Shown here: positions 49,321-63,122 of the stretch, piece after piece | How positions within the stretch are numbered: position 1 is the stretch's first letter | How the letters are laid out: each line of letters begins with the position of its first letter | From: Haliotis rufescens | Taxonomy: Eukaryota | Assembly: GCF_023055435.1 (NCBI RefSeq) | Contig: NW_025964223.1 | Coordinates: 23,622,001-23,686,000, forward strand | DNA length: 64,000 nucleotides | Direction: 5' to 3' | The notes under the pieces: model-generated | Databases searched by the model: none | Seen by the model: only the letters and a program-made list of their open reading frames with translations | Told to the model about the DNA's origin: nothing | Position numbers and translations under genes: made by a program

Positions 49321-52269
49321 TAAAGATCGAACGTATTGAGGGCAATTTCAGGCACATCTTGGTGTATCTTTATCAGATCACAAATAGGCAATGGTTAAGG
49401 TGTGAGGCCTTTCACTCATCAAACACTTGAGACTCTTTGACAGAATACAATACAAAGCCCTAATACTGACCACAGGTGCAGCAACAGGTACATTGTACTT
49501 CAGTACAAGCACTACAAGTAGAAATAGGAGAACTCTATTGAAACAAAGAAGAGACCAGACAATATTATCGTCCTGGGGACGAACATCAAACCCGTTGGTG
49601 AAAAAGTTATGGCAAAACAAAAACACACGAGATGAAGCCCTAGCTCTGAAAATCCTCAACTAAGCTATCTGGTATATTAGAACGTGAACTCATCCGAAGT
49701 CACAATTGTGATGACATTCAGCAACCAGAATGTTACACCCTACCTGGACTTAGAAAAGTTGACACTGCTTTAACATCAGAAGTCATCAAAATAGAATACC
49801 CGACCCTACTACGAATAGTTGCTATCACTAAAATTCAAACTATCTTTGACAACTGGGCCCCTATCAAAAACACTGCTGGTTACGGAATCCATGTCCAACC
49901 CCAAGCCAAGCACATTTGGTTCCCCTGTCAGTCAGTATTCACTCCTTAAGGATGCACTCAAACTCATTCCGGATCTACCGGAAGCAAACTTGACTGTCAT
50001 CCTATCAGCCAAAGCACTACATGCTTTCAGCCAATAGTACTCTATAGGAATGTTAAAAACTATCGGACAAAGAGCAACAGGTGGCACTGTGTTGGGTCCC
50101 GTCTCACATAGATATTCATGAAAATAAAATTTAAAAAACAGACACACTGGTTGAGCTAGCTCTAGACAAAGCGGAGATATAACCTGGAGATATTGCAAAA
50201 TCAAAGCATCCATAGTTTGAATCCATTGCTCACTCGGTTAAAACAAGAATTTCAGTTAGATCCGCTAATTGTCGTCGATCTCCTAAAGCCAAAAGATACA
50301 ATGGCGACGGCCAAACTAACGGCCAGATGGACAGCTGCTCCTAATTATATGAACAAAGCCGCCAAAGATAAAAAAAAATGAAATTATATCAATATACGAA
50401 AACAGACATCTTTTCAATACAAAAACAGAATTTCTTTCAATACTTAAACTCACAAACATGAGTACCAAAGAGGGACAGGTCAGCTGAAATGGCTGAGGCA
50501 GAAGGCGACCTCTTGAACTCTTAAAGCATATGCAACGACAACCACGACACCGCCTTAAGTACATTTGCAGGGGAGACGCGTGCGTTTGCCCTCGTCGTCA
50601 AAGGCGGCGTAATTGTCTGTGAAGAAATGCATCCTTACCCATGACAGGATTCGCCGATCATAGGTTCGTATCCTTATCCTAAGTATTTTAACACCCCATC
50701 CGTGCTCGCATATGCTCATTCTGTGCGAAAGCTGATAGTTGACAGCCGCGATATAACTCGAATACTGTTCAAAGAAGACTCTGAATCAAGATCAATCAAA
50801 CATATTGTTGTTATTATGTTCAGATATTTGTTTAGAGAGGTTTATTGACCAGATATCGTTATTATTTATTAGTGCATAATGAACTAGTGGTAATTAGAGC
50901 CAATTATTCTATTCATTATTCAGCCATCAATAGGGAGAGAGGGTACTTAATTAGACTGAAATCTAATTCTCATTGGTACAGCGTTTCTCAAATATAGTCC
51001 TTCTCTTGTGATATGGAACGCTATATTCAAGTTATTTTAGCTTCATGTGAATGTTTTATTACAGTTTCGTTTACTTCAAATTGGACATAACTGTGTCAAG
51101 TAATTGACGAGCTATCAAACAGTGGTAATGTTGCAACAGATGCCTGATCTGGGTTTACCTTTATTGGTCTGTTGTCATGGATGATATATTTCCTCCCATA
51201 TTAAACAAGGCCACATTAGACGAAAATTCGATCAAAGAGTTTGATCTCTCGAAAATGACACTTTATGGCTGACATTATTGACTGTCGTAAGAAACACGTT
51301 TTCAAAAGCTGCAGTCAAATGAACTGAAAGCATACATATAACGCTCTGAAGGACCATATGACATTTAGGCTAGTATGCTTCTGAACGTAATTTCTCATTC
51401 ACTACATATTCCAATATTGTGTTTATGTGATTCATTTGTAAAGCTATATCAACGGCCACATCCTCGACTTTTGTAGACGTGGAACCAACATGTCCGTCCT
51501 GTATTATGAACTGCATTTTATATACCTTGTCATTTATCTGGTGTTAGAGGTGTGTCACTGTGTGGGAACCATTTACATCAATTTGGTGCACTGGCCAGAT
51601 AGATGGTTAAGCTATATTTACCCACTGCAAAAAGAAACGCGAATACGTACCATACTTGTTGGTTAAAAGATGAAGACTTACACATAATCAAGATATATTA
51701 GATTGGCTCTATGACTCGAGATGCACCATTTTGTCTTGTGCAGGATTAACGTGTAAATTATGGAAATCTCGTGCAGCATCTCATGATAAGAATAAAGACA
51801 CTAGATATGTGGTAGCACTTAGTTTTGTCATTAACTGTTACACATTTGACACATCTCTTCTTAACGTACATACTTCTCTATGTTTCTATGGATTTTGTTT
51901 ATTTTAGCGGGGAGTATATTTGCAAATCATTTCTCTTTTTTCTAATACACCATAAAATGAAGGACACAAAAACTCGTTTGCCCTGTGTTAAGTGATATCC
52001 TTTTCATTGATTGTTGTGGCCTGTATATTTTTACAAATGTGTTACGGCTCATAAAGCTATATAGTTCAGAAGACACACTTCAGTATTCACTGCAAGAAAC
52101 CCCTACTTGATGAGACTGTGAGTAACAACCAAAATCGCTTTCATAAATTGTAGCTGGTAAATGTTTAATGATCAAATTTCGTACTTTGGTGTCTTTACGT
52201 TCCACCATCCACATTGCAATTGTTTCATAAAAAAGTGTTTGAAGTACACTTGACAAACAGAGAAACATA

Positions 52270-52350
52270 ATCCTGGCGAACCGAGTGCCCGGGGGGCGCA
52301 ACTCTGCTCAGCGAATTGCGGCACCTTAGACGACGAGGCCACCCGTGACA
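52270..52350 (-). mobile_element. SINE family D head fragment
   Basis: GCAACTCTGCTCAGCGAATTGCGGCACCTTAGACGAC...GGCCACCCGTG. Confidence 0.75.
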
Positions 52351-52759
52351 CTCCATCAAAATGCCATCTGATTGTTATTACCGGTATTTTCGTGAAGATT
52401 GTAGTCTCAAAAAGGTGTTGTGCAGAACGGTTGAGTCACTTATTTTAGCTATCCCACCAGTGCTCTGTTGCTTTAATATGAACGAGAGCCGAGAAAATAG
52501 CATCAGTAACTATCTATCTACCAATTCCAATGGAGTTATGGAGGGATGGCTAATGTACATGTAGGAAGCGTGTGATGTATATTTGCATAAAAGGCATCGG
52601 GTCAATATACACGGAGTTACAAGGTCAATGATAGACATGTTTTCACATGTATAATTATAATAGAATAAAAATACGAATAATAATTCTTTAAATTACTCAT
52701 TATTTCTTTCCTTAATTCCGGATAATGTTTTAAGAATAGAGCTAAATTGGTGTGCACAG

Positions 52760-54660
52760 AGACCAACTGAGAAGTCGAACGAAATAAGTCGAACGAAAGA
52801 TAATTCATTATTGTTAACACACAAAAATAGTTTTCAATATGCATTTTCCTTAAAACTTTATATTACTTACATACAAGAACAATAGGATACTCATCATCAA
52901 CATGGGACTTAGATAATGGACAAAGTCGTAAATGATTAGGACTGGATCTATGTCTGCCAGAATTAATAGTAATATCCATAAAACCAGATCTGAATCTCCT
53001 GATTATATTTCTTTGATGTTAAGGAAGAAACATATGATTCTGATGCAGGTTGACTTTTAAAAGATCTATATAAATCATATCTTGAACTATCCGCTAATAT
53101 AGAGCTTCAATTTTGATAAATCATTTCTATGAGCTTCTGTCGAAAAGTGTGAATAAGCGTATTTTCATTTTAAGTACCTTGATTTAAACACACATAACCA
53201 AATCCACAAGAAAAAAACAGGTTTCTTATTATCTACTCATTTAATGAAAAAGGAAAACAATAATAGGCTTAAGACACAACCTTGCTTTACACATATGGGG
53301 GAGTCAAAGTAATCACTTAGTTCTCTATTGTAGCGCACGCATACTTGAACCTTACCATAAATATACATTGTAACATTAAGAACCTTTTCCAATTTAGTCC
53401 ATTTTGTCCAAGACATGACCATAACTTTATACGATTAACTTAATCAAAAGCCTTTTTGAAATCTACAAATCCGAAATATAATTATGTTGTTTACGTAAAG
53501 TGTTTCTTTAAATAATGTAATTATGTGATCAGCACAAGAATAGCCCTTTCTAAATCCTGCTTGTGATTCTGGAATTTTTTCTTTGATACTAGCCTATCTG
53601 GTTGAGGACAATTGTTGAGGACTAACGTAAACAATATACCCCAAACACTACTAGTAGATAAAGAAATACCACGAAATTGCTTTATGTACAGGAATTATTA
53701 TGGATTTTGACCATAACTTTGGGATACACCATTAGTGAAAACATGATTAAATAGTTCAAAAGGCAAATTTAGATCACTTGCATTTTTTGTCATCTCAACC
53801 AACAACTTATCGGGTCCAGGGGATTTTTCATTGTATTAGATCATTAATAGCATTTAAACTTCCTGTCCTTTTTATATCTGAATCAAGAATTTCACTATTA
53901 ATTTCTTCCATTGATCGTTAATAAATCAGGAGTATAAGTTGTAACATTAGACAACTTTTGACTATCAAATAGATTTCTAAAGTCAACCGAGTCCAGAGTC
54001 AACCAATTTGCAATTAGTATTAGAATATTTACGTTTAGGCCGATTGTTCAAGGACCTGACATCTTCCTAAGACTGTTTTGAATATTGTAGGTTGTTGCTG
54101 AGACGTTGTATTATACCCTTTCTGATTTCATTCTTAAATTTCTTCCAACAAACTCTATATCTATGCGTAGAGTACAAACAAGTTTTTCTGTTGTGTTCAC
54201 TCTGTCGAGCTCTAAACTTACCGAGTGATTTTCTCGCCTCACGTTTCGCAGCTCTACATTCAATATTAAAATGAGGGCGGAGCTGTCCATGATAACTAAT
54301 ACTCATACATTCAGCATCAGCTGACACTAAAGATACAAAATACTTTAAAATATTGTCACTATTATTAACCATATCCTAATACAATATGTCATTACTGTTC
54401 TCTGAAAATGTGTGACATCTCTACAATCATAACAGAACGTTCATAACACCTGTTACCAGGGTGTATATCACCATCAGGTTTTGAAGGAAAATACATAAGA
54501 CAATGCCAGATGCTTGTGGTCAAATTCAACATTGAATAACCTTAATATCCATAATTAAAAAAGTCAGAACAAAAAATGAAATAGTCATTTACACTGTCAC
54601 CATTTACATGTGTTTGAGTAAATGTGACCATCAAACCACCAGTTGCTTCACAATAAACAA
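52760..54660 (-). mobile_element. Decayed RTE-X/L2-like LINE
   Basis: FNIECRAAKRE; ESQAGFRKGYSCADHI; VKQGCVLSLLLFSFFI. Confidence 0.8.
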
Positions 54661-55084
54661 TAAAAGCAGGGGTTGCCTAAAAGTCGGGCCGGGCCAACGT
54701 TATTATGGACGAATTACTCCATAGTCAACGACCATACCTACATGATGATAATGCAACATACACACATGACATTGATAAAAAGTCACAAACCACAAGCGTG
54801 CAATATGATTAAGTTATTGCGAATAAAAATCGCTTGAGAATCAGGAAGCCGAACGGTCGGTGAGCGTTGCTGAGCTAGGTTACATTTGAAGAGGAGTCGT
54901 TAAACGAAATAGGAGTTGAAACGTATCAAGTTCTCCCAACTATAGTGATACAAATTCCCATCTGTCCGATATAGATGTATCTAACTATATGCGAATATAG
55001 AATGACATAATATACGACATTAGGCTCATATAAGCAAGAAAGTTAAAGAGAGCCATTTCATTTTCCGCTCACATCTCAGTTCAT

Positions 55085-55865
55085 TCAGATGGGAACCTCA
55101 AGTGATTGGTCCGACCTGGCCCGGACAGTTGAAATCAATTAAAACACAAAAGATGTATCTTAAACTATGTTAAGATCTACCCAACAATATTTAATCTACT
55201 CAATTAATACTTCAAGGGACCACAGTAAATCGTATATAAGAAGGACCCGTTCGTTCAAGTGAAACCTTATTTCCTCTATACTCTCAACATGGGATCCATT
55301 GTGTTTCTCATCAGTATCAACCTACACGTCACAGATGTATCACGGAATGTGTTTTAATATATAGAAGACTATCATATCTTCCTAAATGCCACTCTATAGT
55401 GTCACAGTTCGTGGCATTTACGACAAACACGTTGGTTATGTCAATTCTCAACATAACCTCAATCACAAGGGGTTGGTTCGACCTGCCTTGTACATCGAAA
55501 ACCTCCCAGATCTATCACAAAATGTGCTTATATCTTCACTGTTCATCGTATTTAATGCAAACACGTTGCTCAAAGTGAAGCCGATTTCCTCAATATTTTC
55601 AACATAGTATCTTTCAGAAGTATTTGGTCTGTGTTCCGTCCGACTTGGCCCGGGCTGTCAAAATCAACCTAAACGTCACAGATGTATCACCAAATGTGTT
55701 TACATCTATAGACTATTTTTATGTGTACCTAAATACCTCTTTATAGGGTCACAGATCGTGGTATAAAAGCAAACACGTTCCACAAAGTGAAGCCGTTTCC
55801 CTCTACATTCTCACAGTGTCTCTAGCAGAAGTGTTTGGTCTGTGTTCTATCCGACTTGGCCCGAA
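55085..55865 (+). repeat. Degenerate tandem repeat of about 200-212 bp (also at 42510-42650 and 44902-45190)
   Basis: CAAACACGTT..CAAAGTGAAGCCG...CAGAAGTGTTTGGTCTGTGTTC recurs at about 55558 and 55770. Confidence 0.75.
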
Positions 55866-58053
55866 GATACTTTAGGTAATTACATGTACATCAGAAGACG
55901 TTTACTAGGTCACACTGTTGTAAAAATGTGTTTATTCCTTGTCAGATCATTAAAGCGTGTTGTGGTCACTAAATATGTCTATATCCTAAACATGTTTGGA
56001 ATTGTTATAAACCCAAACATGTTCGTAATCTAACGCTGGTGTACGTTTTACACGACCAAAGCATTAAACAGGAGAATAGGACTATCTAGAAAAGTAACAT
56101 TTATGGGATTTAGGATATGTAGGTTCACAAATTAATATAATTATTTCAGGGAGCCCTACATGTACCAAGCTCTCGTCGACCGATCTCACTCACTTCAAAC
56201 ATGTGCAAAGCTGTGGAAGCTCATGCAGCACCTTGAAACTGTCAATCACATCAAACCTGAGCGGCTTTAGGTAGGGACAATCGTGTCCAAATCATGTACT
56301 AATACTGAAAATGAAATTTAAAAAAGCTCAATGAAAAAGCTCATGGTATGGCATGACAGACCCCTTCCAACAGTAGCACAAAATGGAGTAGCATGCGTGC
56401 TGATGTATTTATCAAAGCAAAATGAAAACCAACATTTTTTCAGAAAATTAAGTATTTAATATATTTAGATTTGAAGATATTATAAATATAAGACTATGTG
56501 ACTGATCATTTCAGGCTAATTATTGATTTCATTGCCCTAAGAAATGTCCCCAAAACCCTTTGTAAATTTGATATATCAATTGTTACGAAAGTTGACTCTT
56601 ACTGTTGATTTGCGAAAGGGTTCCCAATCTCATTAAAATCAGATATTAGTACTCGCTGCTGCTAGACAAAGGTCTGAGGACATCATATCACAGGTCACGT
56701 CATTGTTAATGAAAATCCAATTATATTAGTGGCATATCACTATTGCAATCAACATCGTGTCCCTAAATGATGCAAAACTATAAAAAAAAATCTTTTTCAC
56801 ACACAAATTTGCACCAATTTGTCCTTAACTCTCCGTAGATACTTGAACCAAAATAAGGTTGAAGTGTCATCAAATTATTATTTCATAAGTCAGGTGAGCT
56901 ACGGAGCCTTGGGGCTCTATTTTGGCAAAATTAAAGGTACTTATTGTGTGTACTATTTATAGTGATAAGCACAATCTCATGAACGAATTTGCAGCGTTCG
57001 TACACGAATAACTTGTCCTCAGTAGTAAAACTTAGTCAACATAAATCAAGAACTTTACGCGCTCTACTATGTAGCAATAGTAATTGTTAGATAAAACTGG
57101 CACAGCTGTTACACGCCTTACACAACCAACGTATAAATCAGGAGGATTGTTTTGACATAAAATCAATAGGATTATCTAGAAACGTAACATTTATGGGATC
57201 TAGGATCTGTGGGTTTACAAATTGCTATGCTAATTTCAGAGAGGCGTATTTCAAAGTTGAACAGTTAGTTGATGGTATTACATGTATATGACAGAAGTAT
57301 AATCATGGCTTTTGATGTTGGAGAATATGGTATTTTATTGTGCCTCAAAGTGAGATTGACCAATCAGAGAGCAGAACTACTGACCCTATATGAGCCCGTT
57401 CACCGTCAGTAAAAATCCAAGATGGTTGATACCAACTTAATATGAGACCGTATACCGTCAGTAACAGTCATCTTGGATTTTCCAAAACCCACCTCATAGA
57501 TTAATCTGTTTTTAGATTGATAAAGATTAGAGTTAAAATTTTCAACAAGGTTTGGCCTCCCTTTGACATCAGCAATGGCTGTCAAATGCTTTGCTCGTAG
57601 CACCGATGAGGAAATCTCTGATAACAGGCAAAATGTGCGATATAGATGCCAGAGAGTGTAAGCTTTCCGTCATAATAAATTCGTTATGGTGTCTTTAACT
57701 AATAATATTGCAGTTTGTTGGAGAATATGGAATGGTATTTTAGTATGTTGGATAATATGGATTGGTATTGTAGTATGTTGGAGAATATGGACTGGTATTG
57801 TAGTATGATGTTATAACTTATGGTTAAATATTCCTTTTGGGTCACAGACTTACTTATGGCTATGTTTTATCGTAAAGTGGGAAGAGTCACTCATTTTTGC
57901 CATTGCTTCACGTTAACCAACGTGTTTGATTTAAATAATTGACACTACAAAGTGGTATTAAGGTAGATGAAATATTTTTCTGTATATCTTTCATTGATAC
58001 GTATGTGATGTTTTAGTTTGTTTGGATGAGCCCAACCGAAAGCTTTTGATAGA

Positions 58054-58209
58054 GAGTGAGTGAGCGAGTGAGTATGATTTTACGCCGCTTTTAGCAATAT
58101 TCCAACAATATCACGGCGGGGGACACCAGAAATGGGCTTCACACATTGTAACCAAGTCGGGAATCGAACCCGGGCGAACGCGTTAACCACAAGGGTACAC
58201 GACCGCCCC
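58054..58209 (-). mobile_element. SINE family A with internal deletion
   Basis: Reverse complement of the 44569 copy. Confidence 0.9.
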
Positions 58210-58545
58210 GTCTTTTATTAATATACCCAGCGCGCCACTATAATTTGGTAGGTTGGTACATATATTCGATTAATCTAACCGCATTCCCTGATACACCTGT
58301 GATGTTTTAGTGTGTTTTGCTTAGCTGGCTCAATCCTGTACAAACGTATTTCTGATTATAGAGTGTTAAGTGTTTTTAAAATATAAAACCTTCTTACATA
58401 CACATCTCAAAGAAAACACTTTGAATGGCTCTTCTACGAGGACTCTCGGTATGTAGTCATAGTTATCACTTTATTATATTGTTGAATAAACGTTTTGATT
58501 TAAATCAATTCCTTGAGCAACTATACATTTGTAGACACTTGAGAT

Positions 58546-60417
58546 GGTTCCAGCCACTAATGCCTACGTCCACCTTTGCCTACAGTTACTATTGCCTACA
58601 AAAAAATAAAGTTGTGTGGAATAATGCCTACACAATGAAAACAACATACCCATGCTAGGAATGAACTCTTCCAATATTAGATTTCTTTGAGAAGCGATCT
58701 TAAGTTAGATGGGCGGCGTCCACTAATGCCTACATCCACTAATGTTCTTTCATTTCAGATGGAGATTTGCATTTCTCAATATAAATATAATTAGCTGGAT
58801 AATGTCAAGTTATTGTTGAAATGATCTACATGTCCTTCCTAGTTGTCATCTTAACACGAGTTGATCTCGATGCTCCCCGTAGTTGTGATTTTAGCAGAGG
58901 ATTAACCGAACTAACTGAGTAGAGGATAAATACTCTTTAGAAACTTCATGAGTTATCTCAAAAGTCAAAACACGCACTGGTAGAAGTATAAAATGACAGT
59001 GTTTGCCCGTTTTTGTTCATTTGACATGGCTAATCCTCAGCGTGTTGAGTTTGTGACATCCCAGAAAGGTGGACAGCAGGTCGTCCTTGATGGATATCGA
59101 TACCGCATGAACAACAGTAGACAGACCTGTGTACACTGGAAATGCGTAATCACTGGATGCACAGGAAAGTGTACCACAGTTGGAGACTTTGTCAGAAACC
59201 GCAGCCCTCACAACCACCCAGCAGAAGATATGACGACTTTCCGTACTTTAAGTGTTCTTAGAGAGAGAGTCCAAGCTGAGACAACATCAATCCAGGCCAT
59301 CTTTGAGGAAGAGGTTGCCACACTGAAAGAAGATGCAGCGGCAGTATTTCCACCCTTCTATAAAAAGAGAAGTGGTCTCCACAAGCAGCGTAGGAAGACT
59401 ATTCCAGCCCTCCCGCAGTCACTGGCACAAGTTCAGCTCCTGGGTACATTTTATTGCTGTGATGCGAGCTGTCGAGGAGGAGTTGCCTGGTACAGACATC
59501 AGGGGGTGCTTCTTCCACTATACGCAGGCAGTGTGGAAGAAGGTTCAACATTTGGAGATGGTCAATCAGTACAGAGTCAATCCGGACATCCACAACCTTG
59601 CCAGACGTGCTGCTGCACTACCACTGCTACCAGTCAACATGGTCTAACAATCCTGGCTCGACGCAATGGAGGATGCCCCTGATACGCCCCAGATCACGTC
59701 ATCCAAGGACTACATGGTGAATACTTGGGTCGACGACAATGCCATGTTCCGTGCTGGTATTTGGAATCACCACACCAACTTTGGTCCTCGAAGCAACCAC
59801 CACTTTGAAGGGTGGCATGCCCACCTTAACAAGACTGTTCAGCGAGCCCACCCCAACATCTACTGCCTTGTGAGAGTCCTTCATGATTAGACGCTAGAAA
59901 AAGCAGAAAAGAACAAGATTGACCAGTATATCAATGGTGCACGTCCTCCACCCCGCAAGCGAGTCTATGTTGAGATAGACCAGAGAATCCAACGTCTGAA
60001 AGATGACTTGCTCCATCACAGAAAGTCACCTCTTCAGTTTCTAGATGCTGCAGGACATTTGCTGAAACTCTCATAAAGAACTGTATGATGATTGAAATCA
60101 GAAATCAGTGTACACTGCTATTCTGTCCATGTACTGATATAAGAAATCAGCAAAAATCTGCTGGTGTATACTATATGAACGCAATGATGCAGAAATCATA
60201 AATTATTACTGTTAGTGTTATGGCAATGTGACATAAAAAGTGACTTCATACAATTTTCTGTCTCTTGTCGCCTATAGGCATTATTCCACTAAAGTGGACT
60301 TGTCCAGTTAGAGGCTGGGTAGCACTGATAGCAGGTGTCGCTGAAAATCACTGGTGCATGACTTTGTTTATTGTAGACTGTAGGCATTAATGGATGTGGG
60401 CATTAGTGGAGGCCGCC
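58546..60417 (+). mobile_element. FLYWCH-MULE (Phantom-like) DNA transposon, internally deleted
   Basis: 8-bp TSD CTTGAGAT (58538-58545, 60418-60425); TIRs built on CCACTAATGCC(T/C)AC; subterminal GTGGAATAATGCCTA on both sides. Confidence 0.88.
59026..60076 (+). pseudogene. MULE transposase pseudogene
   Basis: FLYWCH domain DGYRY...HWKC..TGC...HNHP; deletion and frameshift near 59445 removing the first catalytic Asp region; GCFFHYTQAVWKK; WN...PRSNHHFEGWH; internal stops. Confidence 0.9.
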
Positions 60418-61070
60418 CTTGAGATATATCTGCCCAGATATGCACGTTTCGTTTTATTATTCAGCAATCCATTTTTAGTATTACCCGCTGGCCCAACACG
60501 GCCCGACTATTCTTGGCTTGACTTTTATAGGCAATAAATATTATATTCCAAGCAAATTTCAAAAGTTTACTTCCAAAACCACTTTTAATGTAGTCTCTGA
60601 AACTTGTGCGTAAAATAGGTGGAGCCTCCTCAAGTAGAAAAGGGGTTCCTCTATTCTCATCAGTATCAAACAATTAAACTGTTTTCATTGGTAGTCATGG
60701 AATTGAAATCACCGCATAAGACAACATAACATTCATTGATAGTTGTAATATTGTTGAGCAAAACATTTTCAAGTGTCTATAACGAACATGTAAATAACAT
60801 GTTGATAATATGGGGACCCAATATGTGGGGCCGTAAATGCGATAATATCTTTCAGTGTTCCAAAATACAACTTAAAATTAAAGATTCTTAAACATAAAAT
60901 ATTCTCCTCATTAAAAATATTTATTTTTCACATTACTTACACAATTCTTTTTTTTAGGCCTACACATACACCCTACATAGACGCGAAAAAAATATATAAC
61001 TTTACTGCAGCAGAAGTATACAAGTCCTAATCTGAAAAGGGGTTGCAATCAATTTCATCCACAAAGTTTC

Positions 61071-61340
61071 GACCCGTGAAGATCCAGGGTAGAATAGGTC
61101 TTCAGCAACCCATGCTTGCCGTAAAAGGCGACCAAGCTTGACGTAAGAGGCGACTAACGGGATCGGGTGGTCAGGCTCGCTGACTTGGTAGATGCATGTC
61201 ATCGATCCTAGTTGCGTGGATCGGTGCTCATAATGTCAATCACCGGAATGTCTGGTCCAGACTCGATAAATTTTCAGACCGCCGTCATATAGCTGGGATA
61301 TTGCTGAGTGCGGCGTTAAACAAAAAAAACAACCTACCAA
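61071..61340 (+). mobile_element. Family B retroposon, full length
   Basis: TSD CCACAA(C)AGTTTC. Confidence 0.93.
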
Positions 61341-61412
61341 CCACAACAGTTTCAACTTTGCATCAAAAGACGACAAATAATTAATAATTAATAAAGTCAG
61401 CATCGGAGCATT

Positions 61413-61563
61413 TGATTTCACGCCGCTTTTAGCAATATTCCAGCAATATCACGACGGGGGACACGAGAAATGAGCTTCATACATTGTATCCTTGTCGGGA
61501 ATCGAACCCGGGTCTTCGGCGTGACGAGCGAACGCTCTAATCACTAGGCTACCCGACCGCCCC
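61413..61563 (-). mobile_element. SINE family A
   Basis: Reverse complement of the 44569 copy. Confidence 0.92.
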
Positions 61564-61619
61564 AAACATTAGAAATTTTGCTCTAAGTCCACTGATATTT
61601 TTAAAAAAACTTAACGGAC

Positions 61620-62150
61620 ATTTACTCCTCCTTGTTGTTTATCTTGACCGCTGTCACTGTATTGACTGCCATCACAGCTGTTTACTTGAACTGGGTCATC
61701 ACTGATATTAACATCTGTGACAACGGTGTCGATCAGAATATGTCCCTGTGAGATTTCCACCGAGCCTTGACCGGAATCCTTCTTTTCAAATGTATCGATA
61801 GTAAACGAGTCATTCTTAAATCATGTCCGATCATTTGCCACACCATATAGACATGAACGAAAATTAGAACGGGCTTTCAACGTGGCTACTTTTTCGTCGG
61901 TCTCCCTGAACTTGGCGATCATTGCGCGTGGTCTCTGGGCGTGATCACGTTCAACACAAAGCCTGTGAGCACAGCCAATATTCGATTCTCGCCATTCCCT
62001 GTCCTCAAGTTGAACACATTGATTCAATAGCGAAAGCACCGAGTTGTTACACATAGCCGCTGTTTCGTCTGGATTCTCCCTGATAACGTAGATGATGACG
62101 TCGTCACGCCGACAATAAGCATTCGTATTCTTTATCAAAACCACACGTCC
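61620..62150 (-). mobile_element. LINE ORF1 remnant (L1-type RRM)
   Basis: IIYVIRE...IGCAHRL...RPRAMIAKF...K...LK...GVAND pattern. Confidence 0.75.
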
Positions 62151-62359
62151 TGTCCTATATGTTTCCACGTGGGCGATGAGCTGACCCGGGCTGTCCTATA
62201 TGTTTCCACGTGGGCGATGAGCTGACCCGGGCTGTCAAGGGCAGGTATACACATTTCCAATTCCAAAGCCAATGTCATATCATCCGAAATACATGCAAGA
62301 AAGAAATGAATGAAATACAAAAAAGTAAAGCCTTGTAATTAAGCAGTCTTATGTAATTG

Positions 62360-62626
62360 TGTGTTTGTTGCTTTCCGCCGTACCCAGCAATATTCCAGCT
62401 TTATGACGGCGGTCTGTAAATAATCGAGTCTGGACCAGACAATCCAGTGATTGATACCATGATCATGAGCCTCGATCAATGCAATTGGGATTCGATGACA
62501 TGCATCAGCCAAGTCAGCGAGCCTGACCGCCTGATCCCGTTAGTCGCCTCTTACGACAAGCATAGTCGCCTTTTACGGCAAGCATGGGTTGCTGAAGACC
62601 TATTCTACCCCGGATCTTCACGGGTC
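62360..62626 (-). mobile_element. Family B retroposon, full length
   Basis: Reverse complement of the 14172 copy; ATGTAATTG on both flanks. Confidence 0.93.
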
Positions 62627-62959
62627 ACCATGTAATTGCGGATGCTTATGGTTATGCCTGAAATTGACCGCCGCATTTATTAAATTTTTTTTTTACTTTT
62701 CAAAACAACGCTGTGCTTAAACATCGATCTACTGAATAGCCATTGGTCATCTTTGCCACACATTGATCAGCCATGTCAGGAGTCCAGCAGGCCAGTAGAA
62801 CGTGGACCAAGAAGGATCGTTGTAAAAGGTCCATATAGGCTTACATTAAGTGTCAAGGACACAGTGAAGGTCATTAGTAACGTACGTTTGCCATTTTCAC
62901 CCATATGCTTCTTTCTACCGAAAGTATTTTGCATGTCGTTGTTATCATGTTACATTACA

Positions 62960-63122
62960 TTATATTGTATGTTGAAGAATATGGAATTATATTGTAGTAT
63001 ATTGAAGAATATGGAATGGAATTGTGGATTATTGGAGAATATGGAATGGCATTGTAGTATGTTGGAGAATATGGAATTGTATTGTAGTATAATTTGGAGA
63101 ATATGGAAGGACATTGTAGTAT
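62960..63122 (+). repeat. 30-bp minisatellite (same unit at 57716-57810)
   Basis: GTTGGAGAATATGGAATTGTATTGTAGTAT, about 5.5 copies here and about 3 at 57.7 kb. Confidence 0.9.

Larger units (their letters stand above)
46230..50560 (+). mobile_element. Decayed I/Nimb-clade LINE (RT plus RNase H), split by a second LINE
   Basis: LDNGTPQG, FADD, AKFLWVILD before 46650; resumes near 49322 with RSNVLRAISGTSW, IQYKALILTTGA and RNase H motif LCWVPSH (about 50090). Confidence 0.8.

Noticed and set aside
55300-55314. CTGATGA-GAAAC on the minus strand as a hammerhead
   Set aside because: No stem II between the core elements.
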